Shown: positions 18,282-28,618 of the stretch, piece by piece
Numbering within the stretch: the first letter of the stretch is position 1
Layout of the letters: every line of letters starts with the position of its first letter
Assembly (NCBI GenBank): GCA_947589435.1
Contig: CANQBI010000003.1
Coordinates: 1 to 55,891 of the forward strand
Length of the DNA stretch: 55,891 bases
Direction of reading: 5' to 3'
Origin: an uncultured Bacilli bacterium
GTDB taxonomy: Bacteria > Bacillota_I > Bacilli_A > RF39 > UBA660
Notes under the pieces: generated by a model
The model's database searches: none
Seen by the model: the letters and a program-made list of their open reading frames with translations, nothing else
Told to the model about the DNA's origin: nothing
Position numbers and translations under genes: made by a program

Positions 18282-18584
18282 TTATTCTCCTTTTAGTATT
18301 TCTTCGATACCCTTTTTTACTTTATTAATATCCTCTAATTTTAGTAAATTATTTAATTTTTCATTCTTTTCATATATTTTTAAAGCACTTTCATATTTAT
18401 CTAATTTCTTTTCCACATTTTTAATAATAACTCCTACTCTTGATTTAGAAATATGTTTTAAATCGGCAATTTCTTGCATGGTCATATCATTACCATAGTA
18501 ATTATCAAATACTTCTTTATTATTATCATTTAGTAAATCTTTATATATTAAATATAAAGCATTATAATATAAAAACTTTTCCAT
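18282..18584 (-). CDS. ylxM: YlxM/UPF0122-like HTH protein
   Basis: YKDLL...YYGND.T.QEIAD...ISK..V; sits between ftsY and ffh. Confidence 0.8.
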   Translation of the reverse strand: MEKFLYYNALYLIYKDLLNDNNKEVFDNYYGNDMTMQEIADLKHISKSRVGVIIKNVEKKLDKYESALKIYEKNEKLNNLLKLEDINKVKKGIEEILKGE

Positions 18585-19576
18585 TATACCATATCCTTAA
18601 ATAAACCATATATATAATTTTCAATATCAAATGGTTTTAAATCGGTCATTTTTTCTCCTAAACCAATGAATTTAACCGGTAAATTAACTTCTTCTTTGAT
18701 GGCTAAAACAATTCCCCCTTTAGCAGTGCCATCTAATTTAGTTAAAACGATTCCTGTAATATTGGTAATTTCTTTGAATGCTTTGGCTTGCATGATGCCA
18801 TTTTGACCTGTCGCCGCATCAATTACAAGTAATGTTTCTTGCGGAGCCCCTTCAATATGGGTACTAATAACTTTATTAATTTTCTCAAGTTCTTTCATTA
18901 AATTAACTTTGTTTTGAAGTCTTCCCGCCGTATCAATTAAAACAATATCCACATCTTTTTCTTTGGCTTCCACTAGTCCATCATAAATAACACTGGCAGG
19001 GTCGCTTCCCTCTTTTCCATAGAATAAAGAGTTAGTTCTTTTTGCCCAAATTTCTAGTTGATTAACAGCCCCTGCTCTAAAGGTATCACCCGCAATTAAC
19101 ATAACTTTTTTGCCTTCTTCGCCATATTTATGAGCAAGTTTCGCAATAGTAGTGGTTTTACCAACGCCATTTACTCCGACCATTAAAATAACCGTTGGAC
19201 CATTGTCATTCATTTTAATTTTATCGGATAAACTTTCTCCTTCCACATATATTATTAATAACTCATCCACAATAACTTCTTTTAAATAAGCGGTATCGGT
19301 AATATTTTCATGTTTAACTCTATCTCTTAATTTATCCATAAATTTCATCACCGTATTAACCCCAATATCGGCCATAATTAAAATACTTTCTAATTCTTCA
19401 AAATACTCTTCTGATACTTTGGTATATTTAATTCCTAAAATATTTAATTTGGAAACAAATTCTTCTCTCGTCTTTTTTAAACCTTCTTCATAATTTTTTA
19501 TTTCTTCTTTTTCTTCTTTATCTACAACTTCTTCTTTTTTACTAACTAAATTTTTTAATTTATTAAATAAACCCAT
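18584..19576 (-). CDS. ftsY: SRP docking protein FtsY
   Basis: GVNGVGKTTTIAKLA, DTAGRLQNK.NLM.EL, TKLDGTAKGG. Probable start is MGLFNKL at 19576 (RBS GAGGTG); the track start is 19612. Confidence 0.97.
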   Translation of the reverse strand: MGLFNKLKNLVSKKEEVVDKEEKEEIKNYEEGLKKTREEFVSKLNILGIKYTKVSEEYFEELESILIMADIGVNTVMKFMDKLRDRVKHENITDTAYLKEVIVDELLIIYVEGESLSDKIKMNDNGPTVILMVGVNGVGKTTTIAKLAHKYGEEGKKVMLIAGDTFRAGAVNQLEIWAKRTNSLFYGKEGSDPASVIYDGLVEAKEKDVDIVLIDTAGRLQNKVNLMKELEKINKVISTHIEGAPQETLLVIDAATGQNGIMQAKAFKEITNITGIVLTKLDGTAKGGIVLAIKEEVNLPVKFIGLGEKMTDLKPFDIENYIYGLFKDMV

Positions 19577-19713
19577 AAATATCACCTCTTTAATCATATC
19601 AAAATTTGACATTATTTAAAACTGTTTTTACATAAATAGTAGACATTTTTCTTAAATTAGGGTATAATTATTAGCAGTTAAAGAACTTTTTTATTTTAAG
19701 AAAGAGGGAAATT

Positions 19714-21390
19714 ATGAAAGAAAATATAGCGACTTCCATCGTTAGTTTAGGCGGTCTTGGTGAAGTCGGAAAAAATATGTATGTTATTACTCATGATGAT
19801 GAGATAATTATAATTGATGCGGGGGTAATGTTTCCGGAAGTAGGCTTACTAGGTGTCGATTATGTTATTCAAGACATTACTTATTTAAAACAAAATGAAA
19901 ATAAAATAAAAGCTTTATTTATAACCCATGGACATGAAGACCATATTGGAGGTATTCCATTTTTACTTAATCAAGTAAAGATACCGGTTATTTATGCCCC
20001 TAAGATTGCTAATGATTTAATTGTTAAAAAGCTAGAGGAAAGAGGCATTAATTATTCAAATTTAGAAATAATTACCAAAGATTTAGTGGTTAAATTTAAA
20101 CATTTTGAAGTGGAATTTGTAAACACTACCCACTCTATTCCCGATAGTTATGCCATCGTGGTACATACACCAAATGGAGTAATATTTGAAACTGGTGACT
20201 TTAAATTTGACTTAACCCCAATCGGACCCATGGCAGACATTCATAAAATGGCCGAACTTGGTAAAAAAGGAGTTACTCTCCTTTTAAGTGACTCCACTAA
20301 TGCTTTATCCACGGGATTTTCCAATAGTGAATCTGTTGTTGATGAAACATTAAATGATATCATTGGACGTCATGTCGGAAGAGTAATCATTGCGACATTT
20401 GCCTCAAATATTTACCGGGTTAAGCATATAGTGGAAACTTGTAAAAAATATAACCGGAAAATAATTGTCTTTGGAAGAAGTATGGAAGCCTCAATTGAAC
20501 TTGCTTTAAACAACCATTTAATTTCCGATAAATCTATCTTTATTGATAATAATGGAGCTAAAAGTTTAAAAAGAAATGAAATTTGTATTTTATGTACCGG
20601 AAGTCAAGGCGAACCACTCGCAGCTCTATCCAGAATTGCTAATGGAACTCATAAGCAAATATCTTTGCTTCCTGATGATTTAGTTATTTTCTCATCAAGC
20701 CCAATTCCTGGTAATGCCGAAAGTATTAATAGAATTATCAACAAAATCTACTTAAAAGGCGTTAAAGTATTTACTAATTCCGAATTTAGTGATATTCATA
20801 CTTCAGGACATGCTAAATTAGAAGAATTAAAATGGATGCTAAGAATTATTAAACCAAAATACTTTATGCCAATGCATGGTGAATTTAGAATGTTAAAACA
20901 ACATGCTAATATTGCCAAACTTTGTGATATACCCGAAGAAAATACTTTCATTTGTAGTAATGGTGATGTCTTACTTCTAAAAGATGGCGTTGTTACAAGA
21001 GGAGGAACTGTTCCATCTGGAGATATCTATGTTGATGGTTCAAGAGTTGGTGATGTTGGAAGTGTGGTTATTAAAGATCGTAAATTAATGAGTCAAGATG
21101 GTATTTTAATTACTATTTTAAATATAAATACTTTAACTAGAAAATTATTAATTAAACCAAATGTTACGGCGAGAGGCTTTGTTCTTGTTAATGAAAATCA
21201 AGAACTAATGAATAAAATTGAACATAAAATTGGCGAAATAGTTAATAATTTCTTAAAGACATCTTTATATAATTATACCGATTTAAAAAATCAAATTATT
21301 TTAGAATTATTACCTTACATTAATGAATTAACTGGAAGAAGGCCAATAATCCTTCCTGTTATAATGGAAGTTAACAAAAAAGAAGATTAA
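19714..21390 (+). CDS. rnj: Ribonuclease J
   Basis: LGGLGEVGKN, HGHEDHIG, HSIPD, GDFKFD, GSQGEP, H.SGH motifs. Confidence 0.97.
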   Translation: MKENIATSIVSLGGLGEVGKNMYVITHDDEIIIIDAGVMFPEVGLLGVDYVIQDITYLKQNENKIKALFITHGHEDHIGGIPFLLNQVKIPVIYAPKIANDLIVKKLEERGINYSNLEIITKDLVVKFKHFEVEFVNTTHSIPDSYAIVVHTPNGVIFETGDFKFDLTPIGPMADIHKMAELGKKGVTLLLSDSTNALSTGFSNSESVVDETLNDIIGRHVGRVIIATFASNIYRVKHIVETCKKYNRKIIVFGRSMEASIELALNNHLISDKSIFIDNNGAKSLKRNEICILCTGSQGEPLAALSRIANGTHKQISLLPDDLVIFSSSPIPGNAESINRIINKIYLKGVKVFTNSEFSDIHTSGHAKLEELKWMLRIIKPKYFMPMHGEFRMLKQHANIAKLCDIPEENTFICSNGDVLLLKDGVVTRGGTVPSGDIYVDGSRVGDVGSVVIKDRKLMSQDGILITILNINTLTRKLLIKPNVTARGFVLVNENQELMNKIEHKIGEIVNNFLKTSLYNYTDLKNQIILELLPYINELTGRRPIILPVIMEVNKKED

Positions 21391-21409
21391 AACCCGTTAA
21401 GGGTTTTTT
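21389..21409. terminator. Bidirectional intrinsic terminator between rnj and rny
   Basis: AAAACCC-GTTAA-GGGTTTTTT. Confidence 0.7.
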
Positions 21410-21428
21410 ACTTGTTAAAAAAGAAGCC

Positions 21429-22982
21429 TTATTTGGCTTCTTCTTGCGCTCTTGTTTCTCTTATAACTGTAACTTTGATAGTTCCTGGATATTGCATTTC
21501 CTCTTCAATTTTTTCTTTCATTTCCCTGGCTATCCGATAACTATCAGCATCATCAATTTCACCTGGTTTAACCATAACTCTTATTTCTCTTCCAGCTTGC
21601 ATTGCATAAGCTTTTTCAACACCTTCAAAAGAATTCCCTATTTCTTCTAATTGTTCTAAACGCTTAATGTAATTTTCCACTGAGTCATTACGAGCTCCTG
21701 GTCTTGCAGCAGATAAAGTATCCGCAACACTAACCAATACGGCAATAATTGATTTAGGATCTCTATCACCATGATGGGATGTAATGGCATCAATTACCAC
21801 TTCATTTTCATGATATTTCTTAGCAACTTGTTCCCCGATTTCCACATGGCTACCTTCTACTTCAAAATCAATGGCTTTGCCAATATCATGAAGTAAACCA
21901 GCTCTTTTAGCAAGGGTAATATTTTCACCTAACTCGGAAGCCATTAAACCACAAAGGTTAGCAACTTCAATAGAATGTTGTAAGGCATTTTGCCCATAAC
22001 TAGTTCTAAAATTAAGTTTACCAACTAAGTTAATTAATTCAACATCCATTTTCGCAATACCTAAATCCGTAATTGCTTTATTACCTAGTTCAGTAATTTT
22101 ATTGTTAATATCTCTGCAAGTCTTATCATAGACTTCTTCGATTCTACTTGGATGAATCCGACCATCTTTAATTAAAGTTTCAATTGTTTGTTTTGCAATT
22201 TCTCTTCTTAAAGGGTCAAAGGAAGATATAACAATAGCCTCTGGAGTATCATCAATAATTAAATCAACACCAGTTACGGATTCAAAAGTTCTTATATTTC
22301 TTCCTTCTCTTCCGATTAGTCTTCCTTTCATTTCATCATTTGGTAAATCAATAGTTGAGACAGTTTGCACTCCAACTACATCATCAGCATAACGTTCCAT
22401 ACTGTTAACAATAAGTTGTTTTGCTTTGTCATTGGCAGTTATTTTTGCCTTTTCTTCTTCATCTCTAATATACTCAGAGATTTCTAAAGCCATATCTGAT
22501 TCAACTCTAGCCATAATTAAATCATGGGCTTTTTCTTTGCTTAAACCAGAAATTTTTTCTAGTTCTTCAACTTCTTCTTTTAGGATTTTGTCCATCTTAT
22601 CTTCTTTTTCTTGTAAACTTTGACTTCTAACTAATAAATTGTTTTCTTTTTCTTCTAATGCCATATCTTTCTTTTGAAGCATTTCTTCTCTTTTATCTAA
22701 GTTGTTTTCTCTACTGATAAGGCGGTCTTCACTTTCTTTAATTTCTTTTTTTCTTTCTTTAATTTCTTCATTAGTTTGTTGTTTTAATTTATATGATTCT
22801 TCTTTTAACTCTAAAAGAGAATCTCTCTTATGTTTATCAGCCTCTTTTTTAGCATCTTCTAGTAGTTTATTAGCATTTCTTTCGGCACTTACCCCTTTGA
22901 AATGATTAACTAAAATAACTAAAAAGATTCCAATACCAATTCCAAGAAATAGAAATAAGATGATAACGGCTATATTATCCAT
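21429..22982 (-). CDS. rny: Ribonuclease Y
   Basis: N-terminal TM, coiled coil, KH domain (KGRLIGREGRNIR), HD domain (GLLHDIGKA). Confidence 0.97.
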   Translation of the reverse strand: MDNIAVIILFLFLGIGIGIFLVILVNHFKGVSAERNANKLLEDAKKEADKHKRDSLLELKEESYKLKQQTNEEIKERKKEIKESEDRLISRENNLDKREEMLQKKDMALEEKENNLLVRSQSLQEKEDKMDKILKEEVEELEKISGLSKEKAHDLIMARVESDMALEISEYIRDEEEKAKITANDKAKQLIVNSMERYADDVVGVQTVSTIDLPNDEMKGRLIGREGRNIRTFESVTGVDLIIDDTPEAIVISSFDPLRREIAKQTIETLIKDGRIHPSRIEEVYDKTCRDINNKITELGNKAITDLGIAKMDVELINLVGKLNFRTSYGQNALQHSIEVANLCGLMASELGENITLAKRAGLLHDIGKAIDFEVEGSHVEIGEQVAKKYHENEVVIDAITSHHGDRDPKSIIAVLVSVADTLSAARPGARNDSVENYIKRLEQLEEIGNSFEGVEKAYAMQAGREIRVMVKPGEIDDADSYRIAREMKEKIEEEMQYPGTIKVTVIRETRAQEEAK

Positions 22983-23257
22983 TCTCTCACTCCATTTCTA
23001 ATTTTTTTACAGAAAATTTATAAAATATAATAAATATAATTATAATTATCCATAATCTAATTATAATCTTAAATGGTCATTTTATCAAGGCAAAAAGTTT
23101 AATAAATAACTATTATTTAAATTTATTTTATTTTTAATTAATATTTTCTATTTCTTTAACCTTTAATTATGGTTCATTTACAAGTTTTAAATTTCAACCG
23201 ATGACAAATTGTCACCAATTCATTTTTTATTTTTTAGATTTCAAATTTATTGATTTC

Positions 23258-23282
23258 AGATGGTGACAAATTGTCACCATCT
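23258..23282. repeat. Perfect palindrome AGATGGTGACAA-A-TTGTCACCATCT (CAA-N-TTG family)
   Basis: 12-bp arms; a shorter sister, TGACAA-A-TTGTCA, is at 23202-23214. Confidence 0.88.
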
Positions 23283-23374
23283 TAATTTTTATCTCTCTTT
23301 TAATAAATTTATTATATGCAAATTTTTAATTATTGCGAACAAAAGTATTTTAAAACTTTTTTTAAAAAGAAGAT

Positions 23375-24412
23375 TTATTCTTCTTCATCTTCTTTTTCTT
23401 CTGGTTTATTAAACCCATAATGTTCATAAATTTTATCTTCAATTTCTTTGGCAATATCCGGATTTTCTCTTAAGAACATTTTAACATTCTCTTTTCCTTG
23501 ACCAATCTTTTCTTCTTTATAAGCATACCAAGCACCACTTTTTTCAATGATACCTATTTCACTACCAATATCCACAAGTTCTCCTTCATGGCTAATTCCT
23601 TCACCATACATGATATCAACACCAGCAGTTTTAAATGGTGGGGCTACTTTGTTTTTAACAACTTTAATATTGGTTCTGTTACCTACAACTTGGTCGCCTT
23701 GTTTAATTTGTTCTCCTCTTCTAATGTCTAATCTTACTGTTGAGTAGAACTTTAAGGCTCTTCCACCAGGAGTAGTTTCGGGATTACCAAATAACACTCC
23801 CACTTTTTCTCTTAATTGGTTAATAAATATGGCGGTCGTATTAGTTTTGTTTAAAGTACCAGATAATTTTCTCAAGGCTTGGGACATAAGTCTTGCTTGA
23901 AGACCAACATGACTATCACCCATCTCACCATCTATTTCCGCTTGCGGTACTAAAGCCGCAACAGAGTCAATAACAACTAAATCAATAGCTTCACTTTTAA
24001 CTAAGGCATCACAAATTTCTAAGGCTTGTTCACCTGTATCTGGTTGACTTAATAAAAGTTCATTAATGTCAACTCCTAAACTTTTAGCATAAACAGGGTC
24101 AAGAGCATGTTCTGCATCAATAAAGGCTGCTCTTCCTCCAGCTTTTTGCGCTTCCGCTATCGCTTGAAGAGCAATGGTAGTTTTACCTGATGATTCAGGT
24201 CCATAAATTTCAATTATTCTTCCTTTAGGAAAACCACCAACTCCTAAAGCAATGTCTAAAGCAATGGAACCTGATGAAGTAACATCAATTTTAATGTGTT
24301 CATCGCCACCTAATTTCATTATGGCTCCGGCTCCAAATTGCTTTTCAATATCTTTTAAAACTTGTTCTAAAGCTTTATCCGTATTTTTTGAATCTTTTTC
24401 TCTTGCTTTCAT
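23375..24412 (-). CDS. recA: Recombinase A
   Basis: [35 protein letters not shown] motifs. Confidence 0.99.
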   Translation of the reverse strand: MKAREKDSKNTDKALEQVLKDIEKQFGAGAIMKLGGDEHIKIDVTSSGSIALDIALGVGGFPKGRIIEIYGPESSGKTTIALQAIAEAQKAGGRAAFIDAEHALDPVYAKSLGVDINELLLSQPDTGEQALEICDALVKSEAIDLVVIDSVAALVPQAEIDGEMGDSHVGLQARLMSQALRKLSGTLNKTNTTAIFINQLREKVGVLFGNPETTPGGRALKFYSTVRLDIRRGEQIKQGDQVVGNRTNIKVVKNKVAPPFKTAGVDIMYGEGISHEGELVDIGSEIGIIEKSGAWYAYKEEKIGQGKENVKMFLRENPDIAKEIEDKIYEHYGFNKPEEKEDEEE

Positions 24413-24442
24413 TATTTCTCCTCTACACTCTCTGATAACTAA

Positions 24443-24471
24443 ATTTTACTCTAGTTTTTTGGTAATGTCAA
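24443..24471 (-). promoter_or_regulatory. recA sigmaA promoter TTGACA-N17-TAAAAT
   Basis: -35 at 24471-24466, -10 at 24448-24443. Confidence 0.8.
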
Positions 24472-24479
24472 GAGAAAAT

Positions 24480-24493
24480 CGAACTTTTGTTTA
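24480..24493. promoter_or_regulatory. Possible LexA (Cheo) box CGAAC-TTTT-GTTTA
   Basis: One core mismatch to GAAC-N4-GTTC; just upstream of the recA -35. Confidence 0.5.
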
Positions 24494-24575
24494 ATTTTTT
24501 GAAAAATTTTAAAAAAATTGCTCCGGTCGACACCGTTTGACAAATTTCGCACTTTAGTAGTGCTATAATACGTCC

Positions 24576-24735
24576 TCGAAGTGGATTTATGGGTACTTAT
24601 CCCTTTTAATACAACCCTTTTATTTTATATAGAAAACACCAAATTTCTATTTTATTCTTTTTAAGAATTTATAATACCTCCTTTAAATCCACTTCAAAAA
24701 TAAATGATGAGATTGTTTTTTCTCATCATTTTTCT
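24576..24735 (+). ncRNA. Candidate structured small RNA
   Basis: Extended -10 TGCTATAAT (24561-24569); 12-bp closing stem (24578-24589 with 24684-24695); terminator hairpin 24702-24731 followed by a T-run. Confidence 0.4.
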
Positions 24736-25619
24736 TTTTCTTCGCGGTAGTTATTACCAAGTAGTTCAATATCATATGTTAAATATTTAATTCTTTCCAT
24801 AATTCTTTTGGCTTTAACCGCATCTTCTCTTTCTTTAGTTAAACTTAGAGTTTGCATTAATTCATCCATATTTAAATTAGATGTAAAGAAAGTCGTTAAG
24901 CCTTTATTCATTCGAGTTTGCAAGATAGTCCCAATTATTTCATCACGGCCCCACTCAGTTACTTTTTCCGCTCCAATGTCATCTAGAAGAAGGATATCGG
25001 CATTTTCCAAAACATTAAGATTATCTCCTACGGCATTTAAGTTTTCTTTTAATTTACGTAAAAGTTCCGGAACATAGACAATTTCGACTCTTACTTTATA
25101 TTTAAGTTTAATTTCATTTAATAAAGCGGCGATTAAAAAAGTTTTACCCGTACCAAAATTACCATGTAAGTAAAGTCCTTTATTAAAGCCATAGGGATTA
25201 TAATTATCATAAAAGTTTTTTAACCATTTAATGATTTCCGTTCTATTTTTGGTGATTTTAATATCTTTTAACCGAGCATTTTCAATTAATTTTTCACTTG
25301 TACTTTTATTATTTATTTCCTTTTGCGCCTCTTTTTGATATTTACAAGGCCTATAAGAAAAAGACAAGCTACTTTCACTCTCTATGGGAAAATACACATA
25401 CCCATTTACTTTATTTTGGCATTCATATAAACCTTTACATTTTTGACAATGCGAAAGTTCTTCTAAAGTATCATTTAATTTGACAACATTTTTCTTAGCT
25501 TCTTCTTCACTAATTTTAATCTTTTTAACTAAACCTTTAAACTTTTCATCTTGCATCGCTTTTAAATATTCTTTTTCTTGATTTTTACTAACCTTTTTAG
25601 TATCGACTTTTATTTCCAT
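24726..25619 (-). CDS. dnaI: Primosomal protein DnaI (helicase loader)
   Basis: N-terminal Cys cluster, GLYLHGNFGTGKT, LLLDDIGAE...W.RD, R.MERI; follows dnaB. Confidence 0.93.
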   Translation of the reverse strand: MEIKVDTKKVSKNQEKEYLKAMQDEKFKGLVKKIKISEEEAKKNVVKLNDTLEELSHCQKCKGLYECQNKVNGYVYFPIESESSLSFSYRPCKYQKEAQKEINNKSTSEKLIENARLKDIKITKNRTEIIKWLKNFYDNYNPYGFNKGLYLHGNFGTGKTFLIAALLNEIKLKYKVRVEIVYVPELLRKLKENLNAVGDNLNVLENADILLLDDIGAEKVTEWGRDEIIGTILQTRMNKGLTTFFTSNLNMDELMQTLSLTKEREDAVKAKRIMERIKYLTYDIELLGNNYREEKEK

Positions 25620-25620
25620 C

Positions 25621-26898
25621 TTAATTAAACTCCTTTAATAAATCTTTTAATTCGGCTTCCTCTTCCGCATTCAAACTTTCATCTTCAATTTTTTGATTAA
25701 ACCAAATTGGGGTTTTAACAACTTCGGTATTCTTAATGCTTTGGGGTGTTTTTTTCAAACTCCTTTGATGTTCTTTTTCGGCAAATTCCATCGCTTCTTT
25801 CGCCGTTTTTAAATTAGCCCTTTTCCATTGGGAAGCAATCGTTTCTACATAAGCCGAGGTAAGTTTATTATTATTTTTTCTTAAGACATAATCAATTAAG
25901 ACATTCACAACGGCAGGTGGTAGTTCTAAATCAATAATAAGATGTTCTAAAAGTTTTAAATCTCTTCCTGTTGGTTTTACATTATGATATTTATGTCTTA
26001 AAAAATCATAAGGGGAAGTATTTTCAAAGACCGCAATGATTCTTCCTCTTTTAGAATTATCTCCGAGAGGATTTTTTAAATAATCCGGTTGCGTACGATA
26101 AACTAAAGTAGGCAAAGATCCTGTTTTAAATTGATAATCTTTTCTCGCTAATATTCTTAACCCATTTTTATCAATTGCCCCATATTCATTTAAACAGCCT
26201 CTTATAAGTTCAATCATTTTTAAAGTATCAATATTATAAATAAAAGCTAAATTATCAATTAATTCTCGCGTCTTTTTATTAAATGTTTTCTCACTTATTA
26301 AACCCTTAGGAATACTTGATATTATCTCATCATAATTAATCCTGGAAGATGATACAATACTATTTTTATGCACATCAACTAAATCGGTATTTAAATTAAA
26401 CTTAGAAGTATCATATACTTCATCAATCTTTTTCGTAATTTCTGTATATTCTTTTAAATCAATCTTCGGCATTTTATATAAATTTTTTAGTTCATTATAT
26501 TCTTTTTCTCCCACATTATTATAAAGAACTATATTTAAGATAGGATGATTAAAAAACTCACTTGGCGTTAAAGGCGAATATAACTCATATAAATAATCAT
26601 TAACACTACCCTCTTTAACATAGCACTTCAAAAGGCCAAAGGCTTCCAAAGATTCTCTTGCTATTTTTATTTTACTAATATCACTTTTTAAACTCACCAT
26701 TAAATGATGATGAATTAAATCTTTACTCATGATATTATTAATATTTAAATCATTCCATAAAGTAAAATATAAAGATACCCCTAAAGAACCAATTAAAGGT
26801 TCATATAAACTCATTATAACTAACCAATCTTTATCCGATAATATACTTTTATTAACGACAATATAACGATCTGCTGGTAAAAGAGTAACATTATTCAT
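25621..26898 (-). CDS. dnaB: Replication initiation/membrane attachment protein DnaB (Bacillus type, DnaD domains)
   Basis: LYEPLIGS....LY..L, LEAFGLLK.Y, ELYSPL....FF, VVNVLIDYV, YVETIAS.W; operon with dnaI. Confidence 0.88.
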   Translation of the reverse strand: MNNVTLLPADRYIVVNKSILSDKDWLVIMSLYEPLIGSLGVSLYFTLWNDLNINNIMSKDLIHHHLMVSLKSDISKIKIARESLEAFGLLKCYVKEGSVNDYLYELYSPLTPSEFFNHPILNIVLYNNVGEKEYNELKNLYKMPKIDLKEYTEITKKIDEVYDTSKFNLNTDLVDVHKNSIVSSSRINYDEIISSIPKGLISEKTFNKKTRELIDNLAFIYNIDTLKMIELIRGCLNEYGAIDKNGLRILARKDYQFKTGSLPTLVYRTQPDYLKNPLGDNSKRGRIIAVFENTSPYDFLRHKYHNVKPTGRDLKLLEHLIIDLELPPAVVNVLIDYVLRKNNNKLTSAYVETIASQWKRANLKTAKEAMEFAEKEHQRSLKKTPQSIKNTEVVKTPIWFNQKIEDESLNAEEEAELKDLLKEFN

Positions 26899-26950
26899 GA
26901 GTATCTTCCTTTCTTATATTTATTATATATTTATTGCCAATCAAAAACAA

Positions 26951-26979
26951 TCATAAATTTTTTTCTTTAGGCATACATA
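26951..26979 (+). promoter_or_regulatory. Possible sigmaE-type sporulation promoter TCATAAA-N14-CATACATA
   Basis: Matches the B. subtilis sigmaE consensus (T/G)HATAXX-N14-CATACAHT at all but the last base. Confidence 0.4.
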
Positions 26980-27057
26980 CTATCTAAAGAAATTTTTTTG
27001 GCATAAATTATAGTGGGATAGCATATTGCATCATTTGAAAACGAAAGGAGTATTCTT

Positions 27058-27549
27058 ATGAAATTAAATCGTTTTTTAATTATCTTCATTTGTTTTATTT
27101 CTATCCTTTTTATGAGCGTAGGTTATTCCTCTTTTGCTGAAGACCTCTTAATTGGAGGCAATGCCGAAATTGTCGGAAAGTGGAACATCAAAATTACGAG
27201 TGTTGAAGTTACTTATGCCTCTGCTGGTTTAAATGTTGATACCCCCACTTTTACGGATACCACTTTTGATTTTTCCCTTAAGTTAAATAAACCTGGTGAT
27301 AAAGTAATCTATACTATTACAATTCAAAATGCCGGAACCATTGATGCCATTTTACAAAGTTTAGTCTTTAATGAAGAAATTGGCGGTTCTGAAGCCATTA
27401 GTTATACCGTCAGTAAAACCCCAACAGATTTAAATGCGGGTGATACGACAACTTTAGAACTTACCATTACTTATAATGAAAGCACGGAAGAATTACCTAA
27501 AGTTTTAACTAAAAGTTTAACAGGAACCATTACTTATGCCCAAAAATAA
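27058..27549 (+). CDS. Secreted TasA/CalY-like putative SipW substrate (fibre subunit)
   Basis: 163 aa; signal ending MSVGYSSF..L.IGG.A.I...W.I.IT; beta-rich body; directly upstream of a SipW-type peptidase. Confidence 0.6.
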   Translation: MKLNRFLIIFICFISILFMSVGYSSFAEDLLIGGNAEIVGKWNIKITSVEVTYASAGLNVDTPTFTDTTFDFSLKLNKPGDKVIYTITIQNAGTIDAILQSLVFNEEIGGSEAISYTVSKTPTDLNAGDTTTLELTITYNESTEELPKVLTKSLTGTITYAQK

Positions 27550-27557
27550 GGTCATTT

Positions 27558-28616
27558 ATGAAAAAAACTATCTTTATTTACTTTATTCTTATTATCCTTC
27601 TTATTATTTTTCATCTTTTTTATTATTCTCTCTTAATTAAATTTATTATTCCTCTTTTATCCCTTATATATCTTATTTATAATTATCTTAATTATAAAAA
27701 TATTATGACTTTTAAAAATAAATATTATCTTCCTCTTATTATTCTAATTTCTTTATTATTTTTAAACTTTTATTTCGAAATTGGTCTTTTTTATGGGTAT
27801 ACTCTTAATCCTTTAAAGCATCTTTTAACTAACATCATAGATAGTATTATCCCTCTTATTAGTATCGAATTATTAAGACATAATCTAATAAAGAATCAAA
27901 AGAACAAGCCCTTTATTATTACTCTTTTAATTATTTTTTTAGAACTTAACTATCATACTCTTTTCACTCTTAATCTAAAAAGAGATTTATATACTTATTT
28001 TTGTTCCGAAGTTATTCCTTTAATCTTATCCAACTTTCTTTTTACTTATTTAACTATTCATTTTCATTATACATATTCCATTATTTTAAATATATTAGAT
28101 AAATTAATTATTTATTTTGTTCCGTTTCTTCCAAAGACTAATTGGTACTTAATTGGCACCAGTAGTCTAATTAAAATAAGCTTATGCTTTATAATATTCC
28201 AATATATTTTCAATAAAAAACATAAAGTTAATATCTTTCCATCTTTTCTTACCATCATAATGGTAATATTACTCACTCTTTTTACTTTAGGTATGTTTAA
28301 GTATGAAGCTATTGTTATTCTTTCTAATAGTATGTATCCCACACTTGAAAAGGGAGATATAGTAATTTATGACAAAGATATTCAAAATGTCCATGAAAAA
28401 GACATAATTGTTTTTGAAACTAAAGATAAAACTATTATCCACCGCGTAGTTAAAAAAATTAATAATTCTTATTTAACTAAAGGTGATAATAACAATGTCA
28501 TTGATAATTATAAAGTAGATAAAAAAGACATTAAAGGTGTCTACAAATTTTCCTTAAAATACTTAGGAGTTCCAGCAGTTTATTTAGAAGAATTTTTAAA
28601 TAAAGGAGGGACATAA
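27558..28616 (+). CDS. Signal peptidase I, SipW/S26B type, with a long polytopic N-terminal region
   Basis: C-terminal SNSMYPTL..GDIV...IIHRV...TKGDNN...D motifs (Ser-His type); about 230 aa of upstream TM helices. Confidence 0.85.
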   Translation: MKKTIFIYFILIILLIIFHLFYYSLLIKFIIPLLSLIYLIYNYLNYKNIMTFKNKYYLPLIILISLLFLNFYFEIGLFYGYTLNPLKHLLTNIIDSIIPLISIELLRHNLIKNQKNKPFIITLLIIFLELNYHTLFTLNLKRDLYTYFCSEVIPLILSNFLFTYLTIHFHYTYSIILNILDKLIIYFVPFLPKTNWYLIGTSSLIKISLCFIIFQYIFNKKHKVNIFPSFLTIIMVILLTLFTLGMFKYEAIVILSNSMYPTLEKGDIVIYDKDIQNVHEKDIIVFETKDKTIIHRVVKKINNSYLTKGDNNNVIDNYKVDKKDIKGVYKFSLKYLGVPAVYLEEFLNKGGT

Positions 28617-28618
28617 CT

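Noticed and set aside
24519-24545. tRNA or other RNA gene at the GC-rich CTCCGGTCGACACCG patch
   Set aside because: Only a 4-bp stem, with no cloverleaf, T-loop or CCA end.
24537-24569. Canonical -35/-10 pair TTGACA...TATAAT on the plus strand
   Set aside because: The spacer is 21 bp; only the extended -10 was retained as evidence.
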